DNA of 64,000 bases from NCBI GenBank assembly GCA_964247055.1, contig OZ176053.1:13454001-13518000 (forward strand), read 5' to 3'. A model generated the notes under the pieces. The model saw nothing but the letters and a program-made list of their open reading frames with translations. It searched no databases and had not been told where the DNA came from. The position numbers and the translations under genes are program-made. The DNA comes from Paragordius varius. Its lineage: Eukaryota; Animalia; Nematomorpha. Of the stretch, positions 12,175 through 25,300 are shown piece by piece (within the stretch, counting starts at the first letter, position 1; each line of letters starts with the position of its first letter).

Positions 12175-15100
12175 GAAAGAGTTTGTCAAACTATTTCTAT
12201 ATTTTGATGTAGTCTTACTAAGAGAATGTATAAAAATAATTTTGTTCACCGGTGACCAATATCAGATTTTTAAGGACAAAGTTTAACTTGAGTATTGATG
12301 CGACTAGTTTAATACATTAATTTTTAAAGTATCGTAGTAAAAATCAAATATGAAAGAGTTTGTCAAACTATCTCTATGTTTTGATGTAGTCTTGCTAAGA
12401 GAATATATAAAAAATAATTTTGTTCACCGGTGACCAATATCCGATATTTAAGGACAAAGTTTAATTTGAGTATTGATGCGACTAGTTTAATACATTAATT
12501 TTTAAAGTATCGTTGTAAAAATCGGATATGAAAGAGTTTGTCAAACTATCTCTATTTTGATGTAGTCTTGCTAAGAGAATGTATAAAAAATAATTTTGTT
12601 CACCGGTGACCAATATCCGATTTTTAAGGACAAAGTTTAACTTGAGTATTGATGCGACTAGTTTAATACATTAATTTTTAAAGTATCGTTGTAAAAATCG
12701 GATATGAAAGAGTTTGGCAAACTATTTCTATATTTTGATGTAGTCTTACTAAGAGAATGTATAAAAAATTATTTTGTTCACCGGTGACCAATATCCGATT
12801 TTTAAGGACAAAGTTTAACTTGAGTATTGATGCGACTAGTTTAATTTAAAGTATCGTTGTAAAAATCGGATATGAAAGAGTTTGTCAAACTATCTCTATA
12901 TTTTGATGTAGTCTTGCTAAGAGAATGTATAAAAAATAATTTTGTTCACCGGTGACCAATATCCGATTTTTAAGGACAAAGTTTAACTTGAGTATAGATG
13001 CGACTAGTTTAATACATTAATTTTTAAAGTGTCGTTGTAAAAACCGGATATGAAAGAGTTTGTCAAACTATCTCTATATTTTGATGTAGTCTTACTAAGA
13101 GAATGTATAAAAAATTATTTTGTTCACCGGTGACCAATATCCGATTTTTAAGGACAAAGTTAACTTGAGTATTGATGCGACTAGTTTAATACATTAATTT
13201 TTAAAGTATCGTTGTAAAAATCGGATATGAAAGAGTTTGTCAAACTATCTCTATATTTTGATGTGGTCTTACTAAGAGAATGTATAAAATATAATTTTGT
13301 TCACCGGTGACCAATATTCGATTTTTAAGGACAAAGTTTAACTTGAGTATTGAAGCGATTTATTGATACGACTAGTTTTATACATTAATTTTTAAAGTAT
13401 CGTTGTAAAAATCGGATATAAAAGAGTTTGTCAAACTATCTCTATATTTTGATGTAGTCTTGCTAAGAGAATATATAAAAAATAATTTTGTTCACCGGTG
13501 ACCAATATCCGATTTTTAAGGACAAAGTTTAATTTGAGTATTGATGCGACTAGTTTAATACATTAATTTTTAAAGTATCGTTGTAAAAATCGGATATGAA
13601 AGAGTTTGTCAAACTATTTCTATATTTTGATGTAGTCTTACTAAGAGAATGTATAAAAAATTATTCTGTTCACCGGTGAACAATATCCGATTTTTAAGGA
13701 CAAAGTTTAACTTGAGTATTGATGCGACTGCTTTAATACCATAATTTTTAAAGTATCGTTGTAAAAATCGGATATGAAAGAGTTTGTCAAACTATTTCTA
13801 TATTTAGATGTAGTCTTACTAAGAGAATGTATAAAAAATAATTTTGTTCACCGGTGACCAATATCAGATTTTTAAGGACAAAGTTTAACTTGAGTATTGA
13901 TGCGACTAGTTTAATACATTAATTTTTAAAGTATCGTAGTAAAAATCGGATATGAAAGAGTTTGTCAAACTATCTCTATGTTTTGATGTAGTCTTGCTAA
14001 GAGAATATATAAAAAATAATTTTGTTCACCGGTGACCAATATCCGATATTTAAGGACAAAGTTTAATTTGAGTATTGATGCGACTAGTTTAATACATTAA
14101 TTTTTAAAGTATCGTTGTAAAAATCGGATATGAAAGAGTTTGTCAAACTATCTCTATTTTGATGTAGTCTTGCTAAGAGAATGTATAAAAAATAATTTTG
14201 TTCACCGGTGACCAATATCCGATTTTTAAGGACAAAGTTTAACTTGAGTATTGATGCGACTAGTTTAATTCATTAATTTTTAAAGTATCGTTGTAAAAAT
14301 CGGATATGAAAGAGTTTGGCAAACTATTTCTATATTTTGATGTAGTCTTACTAAGAGAATGTATAAAAAATTATTTTGTTCACCGGTGACCAATATCCGA
14401 TTTTTAAGGACAAAGTTTAACTTGAGTATTGATGCGACTAGTTTAATTTAAAGTATCGTTGTAAAAATCGGATATGAAAGAGTTTGTCAAACTATCTCTA
14501 TATTTTGATGTAGTCTTGCTAAGAGAATGTATAAAAAATAATTTTGTTCACCGGTGACCAATATCCGATTTTTAAGGACAAAGTTTAACTTGAGTATAGA
14601 TGCGACTAGTTTAATACATTAATTTTTAAAGTGTCGTTGTAAAAACCGGATATGAAAGAGTTTGTCAAACTATCTCTATATTTTGATGTAGTCTTACTAA
14701 GAGAATGTATAAAAAATTATTTTGTTCACCGGTGACCAATATCCGATTTTTAAGGACAAAGTTAACTTGAGTATTGATGCGACTAGTTTAATACATTAAT
14801 TTTTAAAGTATCGTTGTAAAAATCGGATATGAAAGAGTTTGTCAAACTATCTCTATATTTTGATGTGGTCTTACTAAGAAATATAATTTTGTTCACCGGT
14901 GACCAATATTCGATTTTTAAGGACAAAGTTTAACTTGAGTATTGAAGCGATTTATTGATACGACTAGTTTTATACATTAATTTTTAAAGTATCGTTGTAA
15001 AAATCGGATATAAAAGAGTTTGTCAAACTATCTCTATATTTTGATGTAGTCTTGCTAAGAGAATATATAAAAAATAATTTTGTTCACCGGTGACCAATAT

Positions 15101-15367
15101 CCGATTTTTAAGGACAAAGTTTAATTTGAGTATTGATGCGACTAGTTTAATACATTAATTTTTAAAGTATCGTTGTAAAAATCGGATATGAAAGAGTTTG
15201 TCAAACTATTTCTATATTTTGATGTAGTCTTACTAAGAGAATGTATAAAAAATTATTCTGTTCACCGGTGAACAATATCCGATTTTTAAGGACAAAGTTT
15301 AACTTGAGTATTGATGCGACTGGTTTAATACCATAATTTTTAAAGTATCGTTGTAAAAATCGGATAT
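12175..15367. repeat. Higher-order repeat in satellite A: 9-monomer unit (~1602 bp) present twice, with a partial third copy at ~9100-10340
   Basis: ATCAG at 12261/13863, ATCGTAGT at 12331/13933 and the 10-bp-deletion monomer at 12839/14441 all give offset 1602. The same ordered variant series recurs 3428 bp upstream (deletion monomer at 9411). Confidence 0.9.
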
Positions 15368-16899
15368 GAAAGAGTTTGTCAAAATATCTCTATATTTTGA
15401 TGTAGTCTTACTAAGAGAATGTATAAAAAATTATTTTGTTCACCGGTGACCAATATCCGATTTTTAAGGACAAAGTTTAACTAAAAAAAATATGGTGACA
15501 TCACCTGATCAAATTTGGATTTTAGGTAGCCATTTTTATTTTTAAAATCGTATAAAATAAATTTTTTAAATATTTAAAAAATTCATAAAAATTACATTTA
15601 TAGTCCGATCCCCAAAATATTTGGGGTGATGATGGAACTACCATAGGGCTACCCAAAATAAATTATGGCGACATCACCTGATCAAATTTGGATTTTAGGT
15701 AGCCATTTTTATTTTTAAAATCGTATAAAATAAATTTTTTAAATATTTAAAAAATTCATAAAAATTACATTTATACTCCGATCTCGAAAATATTTGGGGT
15801 GATGATGGAAGTACCATAGGGCTACCCAAAAAAATTTATGGTGACATCACCTGATCAAATTTGGATTTTAGGTAGCCATTTTTATTTTTAAAATCGTATA
15901 AAATAAATTTTTTAAATATTTAAAAAAATCATAAAAATTACATTTATAGTCCGATCCCCAAAATATTTGGGGTGATGATGGAACTACCATAGGGCTACCC
16001 AAAAAAAATTATGGCGACATCACCTGATCAAATTTGGATTTTAGGTAGCCATTTTTATTTTTAAAATCGTATAAAATAAATTTTTTAAATATTTAAAAAA
16101 TTCATAAAAATTACATTTATACTCCGATCTCGAAAATATTTGGGGTGATGATGGAACCACCATAGGGTTAGCCAAAAAAAATTATGGTGACATCACCTGA
16201 TCAAATTTGGATTTTAGGTAGCCATTTTTATTTTTAAAATCGTATAAAATAAATTTTTTAAATATTTAAAAAATTCATAAAAATTACATTTATACTCCGA
16301 TCTCGAAAATATTTGGGGTGATGATGGAACTACTATAGGGCTACCCAAAAAAATTATGGCGACATCACTTGATCAAATTTGGATTTTAGGTAGCCATTTT
16401 TATTTTTAAAATTGTATAAAATAAATTTTTTAAATATTTAAAAAATTCATAAAAATTACATTTATACTCCGATCTCGAAAATATTTGGGGTGATGATGGA
16501 ACTACCATAGGGCTACCCAAAAAAATTATGGTGACATCACCTGATCAAATTTGGATTTTAGGAAGCCATTTTTATTTTTAAAATCGTATAAAATAAATTT
16601 TTTAAATATTTAAAAAATTCATAAAAATTACATTTAAAGTCCGATCTCGAAAATATTCGGGGTGATGATGGAACTACCATAGGGCTACCCAAAAAAATTA
16701 TGGCGACATTACTTGATCAAGTTTGGATTTTAGGTAGCCATTTTTATTTTTAAAATCGTATAAAATAAATTTTTTAAATATATAAAAAATTCATAAAAAT
16801 TACATTAACAGTCCCATCTCAAAAATATTTGGGGTGATTATAGAACTACCATGGGGCTACACAAAAAAAATTATGGCGACATCACCTGATCAAATTTGG

Positions 16900-19800
16900 A
16901 TTTTAGGAAGCCATTTTTATTTTTAAAATCGTATATAATAAATTTTTTAAATATTTAAAAAATTCATAAAAATTACATTTAAAGTCCGATCTCAAAAATA
17001 TTTGGGGTGATGATGGAACCACCATAGGGTTAGCCAAAAAAAAATTATGGTGACATCACCTGATCAAATTTGGATTTTAGGTAGCCATTTTTATTTTTAA
17101 AATCGTATAAAATAAATTTTTTAAATATTTAAAAAATTCATAAAAATTACATTTATACTCCGATCTCGACAATATTTGGGGTGATGATGGAACTACCATA
17201 GGGCTACCCAAAAAAAATTATGGTGACATCACCTGATCAAATTTGGATTTTAGGAAGCCATTTTTATTTTTAAAATCGTATATAATAAATTTTTTAAATA
17301 TTTAAAAAATTCATAAAAATTACATTTAAAGTCCGATCTCAAAAATATTTGGGGTGATGATGGAACCACCATAGGGTTAGCCAAAAAAAATTATGGTGAC
17401 ATCACCTGATCAAATTTGGATTTTAGGTAGCTATTTTTATTTTTAAAATCGTATAAAATAAATTTTTTAAATATTTAAAAAATTCATATAAATTACATTT
17501 ATACTCCGATCTCGAAAATATTTGGGGTGATGATGGAACTACTATAGGGCTACCCAAAAAAATTATGGCGACATCACTTGATCAAATTTGGATTTTAGGT
17601 AGCCATTTTTATTTTTAAAATTGTATAAAATAAATTTTTTAAATGTTTAAAAAATTCATAAAAATTACATTTAAAGTCCGATCTCGAAAATATTCGGGGT
17701 GATGATGGAACTACCATAGGGCTACCCAAAAAAATTATGGCGACATCACTTGATCAAGTTTGGATTTTAGGTAGCCATTTTTATTTTTAAAATCGTATAA
17801 AATAAATTTTTTAAATATTTAAAAAATTCATAAAAATTACATTTATAGTCCGATCCCCAAAATATTTGGGGTGATGATGGAACTACCATAGGGCTACCCA
17901 AAAAAATTATGGTGACATCACCTGATCAAATTTGGATTTTAGGAAGCCATTCTTATTTTTAAAATCGTATAAAATAAATTTTTTAAATATTTAAAAAATT
18001 CATAAAAATTACATTTAAAGTCCGATCTCAAAAATATTTGGGGTGATGATGGAACCACCATAGGGTTAGCCAAAAAAAAATTATGGTGACATCACCTGAT
18101 CAAATTTGGATTTTAGGTAGCCATTTTTATTTTTAAAATCGTATAAAATAAATTTTTTAAATATTTAAAAAATTCATAAAAATTACATTTATACTCCGAT
18201 CTCAAAAATATTTGGTGTGATGATGGAACTACTATAGGGCTACCCAAAAAAATTATGGCGACATCACTTGATCAAGTTTGGATTTTAGGTAGCCATTTTT
18301 ATTTTTAAAATCGTATAAAATAAATTTTTTAAATATTTAAAAATTCATAAAAATTACATTAACAGTCCCATCTCAAAAATATTTGGGGTGATTATGGAAC
18401 TACCATGGGGCTACACAAAAAAAATTATGGCGAAATCACCTGATCAAATTTGGATTTTAGGTAGCCATTTTTATTTTTAAAATCGTATAAAATAAATTTT
18501 TTAAATATTTATAAAATCCATAAAAATTACATTTATACTCCGATCTCGACAATATTTGGGGTGATGATGGAACTACCATAGGGCTACCCAAAAAAAATTA
18601 TGGTGACATCACCTGATCAAATTTGGATTTTAGGAAGCCATTTTTATTTTTAAAATCGTATATAATAAATTTTTTAAATATTTAAAAAATTCATAAAAAT
18701 TACATTTAAAGTCCGATCTCAAAAATATTTGGGGTGATGATGGAACCACCATAGGGTTAGCCAAAAAAAATTATGGTGACATCACCTGATCAAATTTGGA
18801 TTTTAGGTAGCCATTTTTATTTTTAAAATCGTATAAAATAAATTTTTTAAATATTTAAAAAATTCATAAAAATTACATTTATACTCCGATCTCGAAAATA
18901 TTTGGGGTGATGATGGAACTACTATAGGGCTACCCAAAAAAATTATGGCGACATCACTTGATCAAATTTGGATTTTAGGTAGCCATTTTTATTTTTAAAA
19001 TTGTATAAAATAAATTTTTTAAATATTTAAAAAATTCATAAAAATTACATTTATACTCCGATCTCGAAAATATTTGGGGTGATGATGGAACTACCATAGG
19101 GCTACCCAAAAAAATTATGGTGACATCACCTGATCAAATTTGGATTTTAGGAAGCCATTTTTATTTTTAAAATCGTATAAAATAAATTTTTTAAATATTT
19201 AAAAAATTCATAAAAATTACATTTAAAGTCCGATCTCGAAAATATTCGGGGTGATGATGGAACTACCATAGGGCTACCCAAAAAAATTATGGCGACATCA
19301 CTTGATCAAGTTTGGATTTTAGGTAGCCATTTTTATTTTTAAAATCGTATAAAATAAATTTTTTAAATATATAAAAAATTCATAAAAATTACATTAACAG
19401 TCCCATCTCAAAAATATTTTAGGTGATTATAGAACTACCATGGGGCTACACAAAAAAAATTATGGCGACATCACCTGATCAAATTTGGATTTTAGGTAGC
19501 CATTTTTATTTTTAAAATCGTATAAAATAAATTTTTTAAATATTTAAAAAATTCATAAAAATTACATTTATACTCCGATCTCGAAAATATTTGGGGTGAT
19601 GATGGAACTACTATAGGGCTACCCAAAAAAATTATGGCGACATCACTTGATCAAATTTGGATTTTAGGTAGCCATTTTTATTTTTAAAATTGTATAAAAT
19701 AAATTTTTTAAATATTTAAAAAATTCATAAAAATTACATTTATACTCCGATCTCGAAAATATTTGGGGTGATGATGGAACTACCATAGGGCTACCCAAAA

Positions 19801-22300
19801 AAATTATGGTGACATCACCTGATCAAATTTGGATTTTAGGAAGCCATTTTTATTTTTAAAATCGTATAAAATAATTTTTTAAATATTTAAAAAATTCATA
19901 AAAATTACATTTAAAGTCCGATCTCAAAAATATTTGGGGTGATGATGGAACCACCATAGGGTTAGCCAAAAAAAAATTATGGTGACATCACCTGATCAAA
20001 TTTGGATTTTAGGTAGCCATTTTTATTTTTAAAATCGTATAAAATAAATTTTTTAAATATTTAAAAAATTCATAAAAATTACATTTATACTCCGATCTCG
20101 ACAATATTTGGGGTGATGATGGAACTACCATAGGGCTACCCAAAAAAAATTATGGTGACATCACCTGATCAAATTTGGATTTTAGGAAGCCATTTTTATT
20201 TTTAAAATCGTATATAATAAATTTTTTAAATATTTAAAAAATTCATAAAAATTACATTTAAAGTCCGATCTCAAAAATATTTGGGGTGATGATGGAACCA
20301 CCATAGGGTTAGCCAAAAAAAATTATGGTGACATCACCTGATCAAATTTGGATTTTAGGTAGCCATTTTTATTTTTAAAATCGTATAAAATAAATTTTTT
20401 AAATATTTAAAAAATTCATAAAAATTACATTTATACTCCGATCTCGAAAATATTTGGGGTGATGATGGAACTACTATAGGGCTACCCAAAAAAATTATGG
20501 CGACATCACTTGATCAAATTTGGATTTTAGGTAGCCATTTTTATTTTTAAAATTGTATAAAATAAATTTTTTAAATGTTTAAAAAATTCATAAAAATTAC
20601 ATTTAAAGTCCGATCTCGAAAATATTCGGGGTGATGATGGAACTACCATAGGGCTACCCAAAAAAATTATGGCGACATCACTTGATCAAGTTTGGATTTT
20701 AGGTAGCCATTTTTATTTTTAAAATCGTATAAAATAAATTTTTTAAATATATAAAAAATTCATAAAAATTACATTAACAGTCCCATCTCAAAAATATTTG
20801 GGGTGATTATAGAACTACCATGGGGCTACACAAAAAAAATTATGGCGACATCACCTGATCAAATTTGGATTTTAGGTAGCCATTTTTATTTTTAAAATCG
20901 TATAAAATAAATTTTTTAAATATTTAAAAAATTCATAAAAATTACATTTATACTCCGATCTCGAAAATATTTGGGGTGATGATGGAACTACTATAGGGCT
21001 ACCCAAAAAAATTATGGCGACATCACTTGATCAAATTTGGATTTTAGGTAGCCATTTTTATTTTTAAAATTGTATAAAATAAATTTTTTAAATATTTAAA
21101 AAATTCATAAAAATTACATTTATACTCCGATCTCGAAAATATTTGGGGTGATGATGGAACTACCATAGGGCTACCCAAAAAAATTATGGTGACATCACCT
21201 GATCAAATTTGGATTTTAGGAAGCCATTTTTATTTTTAAAATCGTATAAAATAAATTTTTTAAATATTTAAAAAATTCATAAAAATTACATTTAAAGTCC
21301 GATCTCAAAAATATTTGGGGTGATGATGGAACCACCATAGGGTTAGCCAAAAAAAAATTATGGTGACATCACCTGATCAAATTTGGATTTTAGGTAGCCA
21401 TTTTTATTTTTAAAATCGTATAAAATAAATTTTTTAAATATTTAAAAAATTCATAAAAATTACATTTATACTCCGATCTCGACAATATTTGGGGTGATGA
21501 TGGAACTACCATAGGGCTACCCAAAAAAAATTATGATGACATCACCTGATCAAATTTGGATTTTAGGAAGCCATTTTTATTCTTAAAATCGTATATAATA
21601 AATTTTTTAAATATTTAAAAAATTCATAAAAATTACATTTAAAGTCCGATCTCAAAAATATTTGGGGTGATGATGGAACCACCATAGGGTTAGCCAAAAA
21701 AAATTATGGTGACATCACCTGATCAAATTTGGATTTTAGGTAGCCATTTTTATTTTTAAAATCGTATAAAATAATTTTTTAAATATTTAAAAAATTCATA
21801 AAAATTACATTTATACTCCGATCTCGAAAATATTTGGGGTGATGATGGAACTACTATAGGGCTACCCAAAAAAATTATGGCGACATCACTTGATCAAATT
21901 TGGATTTTAGGTAGCCATTTTTATTTTTAAAATTGTATAAAATAAATTTTTTAAATGTTTAAAAAATTCATAAAAATTACATTTATACTCCGATCTCGAA
22001 AATATTTGGGGTGATGATGGAACTACCATAGGGCTACCCAAAAAAATTATGGTGACATCACCTGATCAAATTTGGATTTTAGGAAGCCATTTTTATTTTT
22101 AAAATCGTATAAAATAAATTTTTTAAATATTTAAAAAATTCATAAAAATTACATTTAAAGTCCGATCTCGAAAATATTTGGGGTGATGATGGAACTACCA
22201 TAGGGCTACCCAAAAAAATTATGGCGACATCACTTGATCAAGTTTGGATTTTAGGTAGCCATTTTTATTTTTAAAATCGTATAAAATAAATTTTTTAAAT
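16900..22300. repeat. Higher-order repeat domain in satellite B: ~8-monomer unit (1380-1381 bp) with occasional 9-mers
   Basis: The TATAATAA variant is at 17281, 18661, 20213 and 21594 (offsets 1380, 1552, 1381). AACAGTCCC is at 19396/20776 (offset 1380). Lines 19441-19860 match lines 20821-21240. Confidence 0.85.
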
Positions 22301-25300
22301 ATATAAAAAATTCATAAAAAATACATTAACAGTCCCATCTCAAAAATATTTGGGGTGATTATGGAACTACCATGGGGCTACACAAAAAAAATTATGGCGA
22401 CATCACCTGATCAAATTTGGATTTTAGGTAGCCATTTTTATTTTTAAAATCGTATAAAATAAATTTTTTAAATATTTAAAAAATTCATAAAAATTACATT
22501 TATACTCCGATCTCGAAAATATTTGGGGTGATGATGGAACTACTATAGGGCTACCCAAAAAAATTATGGCGACATCACTTGATCAAATTTGGATTTTAGG
22601 TAGCCATTTTTATTTTTAAAATTGTATAAAATAAATTTTTTAAATATTTAAAAAATTCATAAAAATTACATTTATACTCCGATCTCGAAAATATTTGGGG
22701 TGATGATGGAACTACCATAGGGCTACCCAAAAAAATTATGGTGACATCACCTGATCAAATTTGGATTTTAGGAAGCCATTTTTATTTTTAAAATCGTATA
22801 AAATAAATTTTTTAAATATTTAAAAAATTCATAAAAATTACATTTAAAGTCCGATCTCAAAAATATTTGGGGTGATGATGGAACTACTATAGGGCTACCC
22901 AAAAAAATTATGGCGACATCACTTGATCAAGTTTTTTAGGTAGCCATTTTTATTTTTAAAATCGTATAAAATAAATTTTTTAAATATTTAAAAATTCATA
23001 AAAATTACATTAACAGTCCCATCTCAAAAATATTTGGGGTGATTATGGAACTACCATGGGGCTACACAAAAAAAATTATGGCGAAATCACCTGATCAAAT
23101 TTGGATTTTAGGTAGCCATTTTTATTTTTAAAATCGTATAAAATAAATTTTTTAAATATTTAAAAAATTCATAAAAATTACATTTATACTCTGATCTCGA
23201 AAATATTTGGGGTGATGATGGAACTACTATAGGGCTACCCAAAAAAATTATGGCGACATCACTTGATCAAATTTGGATTTTAGGTAGCCATTTTTATTTT
23301 TAAAATTGTATAAAATAAATTTTTTAAATATTTAAAAAATTCATAAAAATTACATTTATACTCCGATCTCGAAAATATTTGGGGTGATGATGGAACTACC
23401 ATAGGGCTACCCAAAAAAATTATGGTGACATCACCTGATCAAATTTGGATTTTAGGAAGCCATTTTTATTTTTAAAATCGTATAAAATAAATTTTTTAAA
23501 TATTTAAAAAATTCATAAAAATTACATTTAAAGTCCGATCTCAAAAATATTTGGGGTGATGATGGAACCACCATAGGGTTAGCCAAAAAAAAATTATGGT
23601 GACATCACCTGATCAAATTTGGATTTTAGGTAGCCATTTTTATTTTTAAAATCGTATAAAATAAATTTTTTAAATATTTAAAAAATTCATAAAAATTACA
23701 TTTATACTCCGATCTCAAAAATATTTGGGGTGATGATGGAACTACTATAGGGCTACCCAAAAAAATTATGACGACATCACTTGATCAAGTTTGGATTTTA
23801 GGTAGCCATTTTTATTTTTAAAATCGTATAAAATAAATTTTTTAAATATTTAAAAATATATAAAAATTACATTAACAGTCCCATCTCAAAAATATTTGGG
23901 GTGATTATGGAACTACCATAGGGCTACCCAAAAAAATTATGGCGACATCAACTGATCAAATTTGGATTTTAGGTAGCCATTTTTATTTTTAAAATCGTAT
24001 AAAATAAATTTTTTAAATATTTAAAAATTCATAAAAATTACATTTATACTCCGATCTCGAAAATATTTGGGGTGATGATGGAACTACCATAGGGCTACCC
24101 AAAAAAATTATGGCGACATCAACTGATCAAATTTGGATTTTAGGTAGCCATTTTTATTTTTAAAATCGTATAAAATAAATTTTTTAAATATTTTAAAAAT
24201 TTATAAAAATTACATTTATACTCCGATCTCGACAATATTTGGGGTGATGATGGAACTACCATAGGGCTACCCAAAAAAAATTATGGTGACATCACCTGAT
24301 TAAATTTGGATTTTAGGTAGCCATTTTTATTTTTAAAATCGTATAAAATAAATTTTTTAAATATATAAAAAATTCATAAAAAATACATTAACAGTCCCAT
24401 CTCAAAAATATTTGGGGTGATTATGGAACTACTATAGGGCTACCCAAAAAAATTATGGCGACATCACTTGATCAAATTTGGATTTTAGGTAGCCATTTTT
24501 ATTTTTAAAATTGTATAAAATAAATTTTTTAAATATTTAAAAAATTCATAAAAATTACATTTATACTCCGATCTCGAAAATATTTGGGGTGATGATGGAA
24601 CTACCATAGGGCTACCCAAAAAAATTATGGTGACATCACCTGATCAAATTTGGATTTTAGGAAGCCATTTTTATTTTTAAAATCGTATAAAATAAATTTT
24701 TTAAATATTTAAAAAATTCATAAAAATTACATTTAAAGTCCGATCTCAAAAATATTTGGGGTGATGATGGAACTACTATAGGGCTACCCAAAAAAATTAT
24801 GGCGACATCACTTGATCAAGTTTGGATTTTAGGTAGCCATTTTTATTTTTAAAATCGTATAAAATAAATTTTTTAAATATTTAAAAATTCATAAAAATTA
24901 CATTAACAGTCCCATCTCAAAAATATTTGGGGTGATTATGGAACTACCATGGGGCTACACAAAAAAAATTATGGCGAAATCACCTGATCAAATTTGGATT
25001 TTAGGTAGCCATTTTTATTTTTAAAATCGTATAAAATAAATTTTTTAAATATTTAAAAAATTCATAAAAATTACATTTATACTCCGATCTCGAAAATATT
25101 TGGGGTGATGATGGAACTACTATAGGGCTACCCAAAAAAATTATGGCGACATCACTTGATCAAATTTGGATTTTAGGTAGCCATTTTTATTTTTAAAATT
25201 GTATAAAATAAATTTTTTAAATATTTAAAAAATTCATAAAAATTACATTTATACTCCGATCTCGAAAATATTTGGGGTGATGATGGAACTACCATAGGGC

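Larger units (their letters stand above)
1..15483. repeat. Satellite array A: head-to-tail tandem repeat with a 178-bp monomer (168-191-bp variants), about 86 copies, truncated by the window start
   Basis: The anchor GAAAGAGTTTG recurs at 61, 239, 417, 595, 773 and 951 (period 178). Consensus: GAAAGAGTTTGTCAAACTATCTCTATATTTTGATGTAGTCTT(G/A)CTAAGAGAATGTATAAAAAAT(A/T)ATTTTGTTCACCGGTGACCAATATCCGATTTTTAAGGACAAAGTTTAACTTGAGTATTGATGCGACTAGTTTAATACATTAATTTTTAAAGTATCGTTGTAAAAATCGGATAT (50/178 G+C by hand count). The last unit starts at 15368 and stops at monomer position ~116. Confidence 0.98.

Noticed and set aside
15623-15650. G-quadruplex potential at GGGGTGATGATGGAACTACCATAGGG
   Set aside because: There are only two runs of three or more G per monomer, and the next pair is about 145 bp away, so the canonical four-tract pattern is not met.
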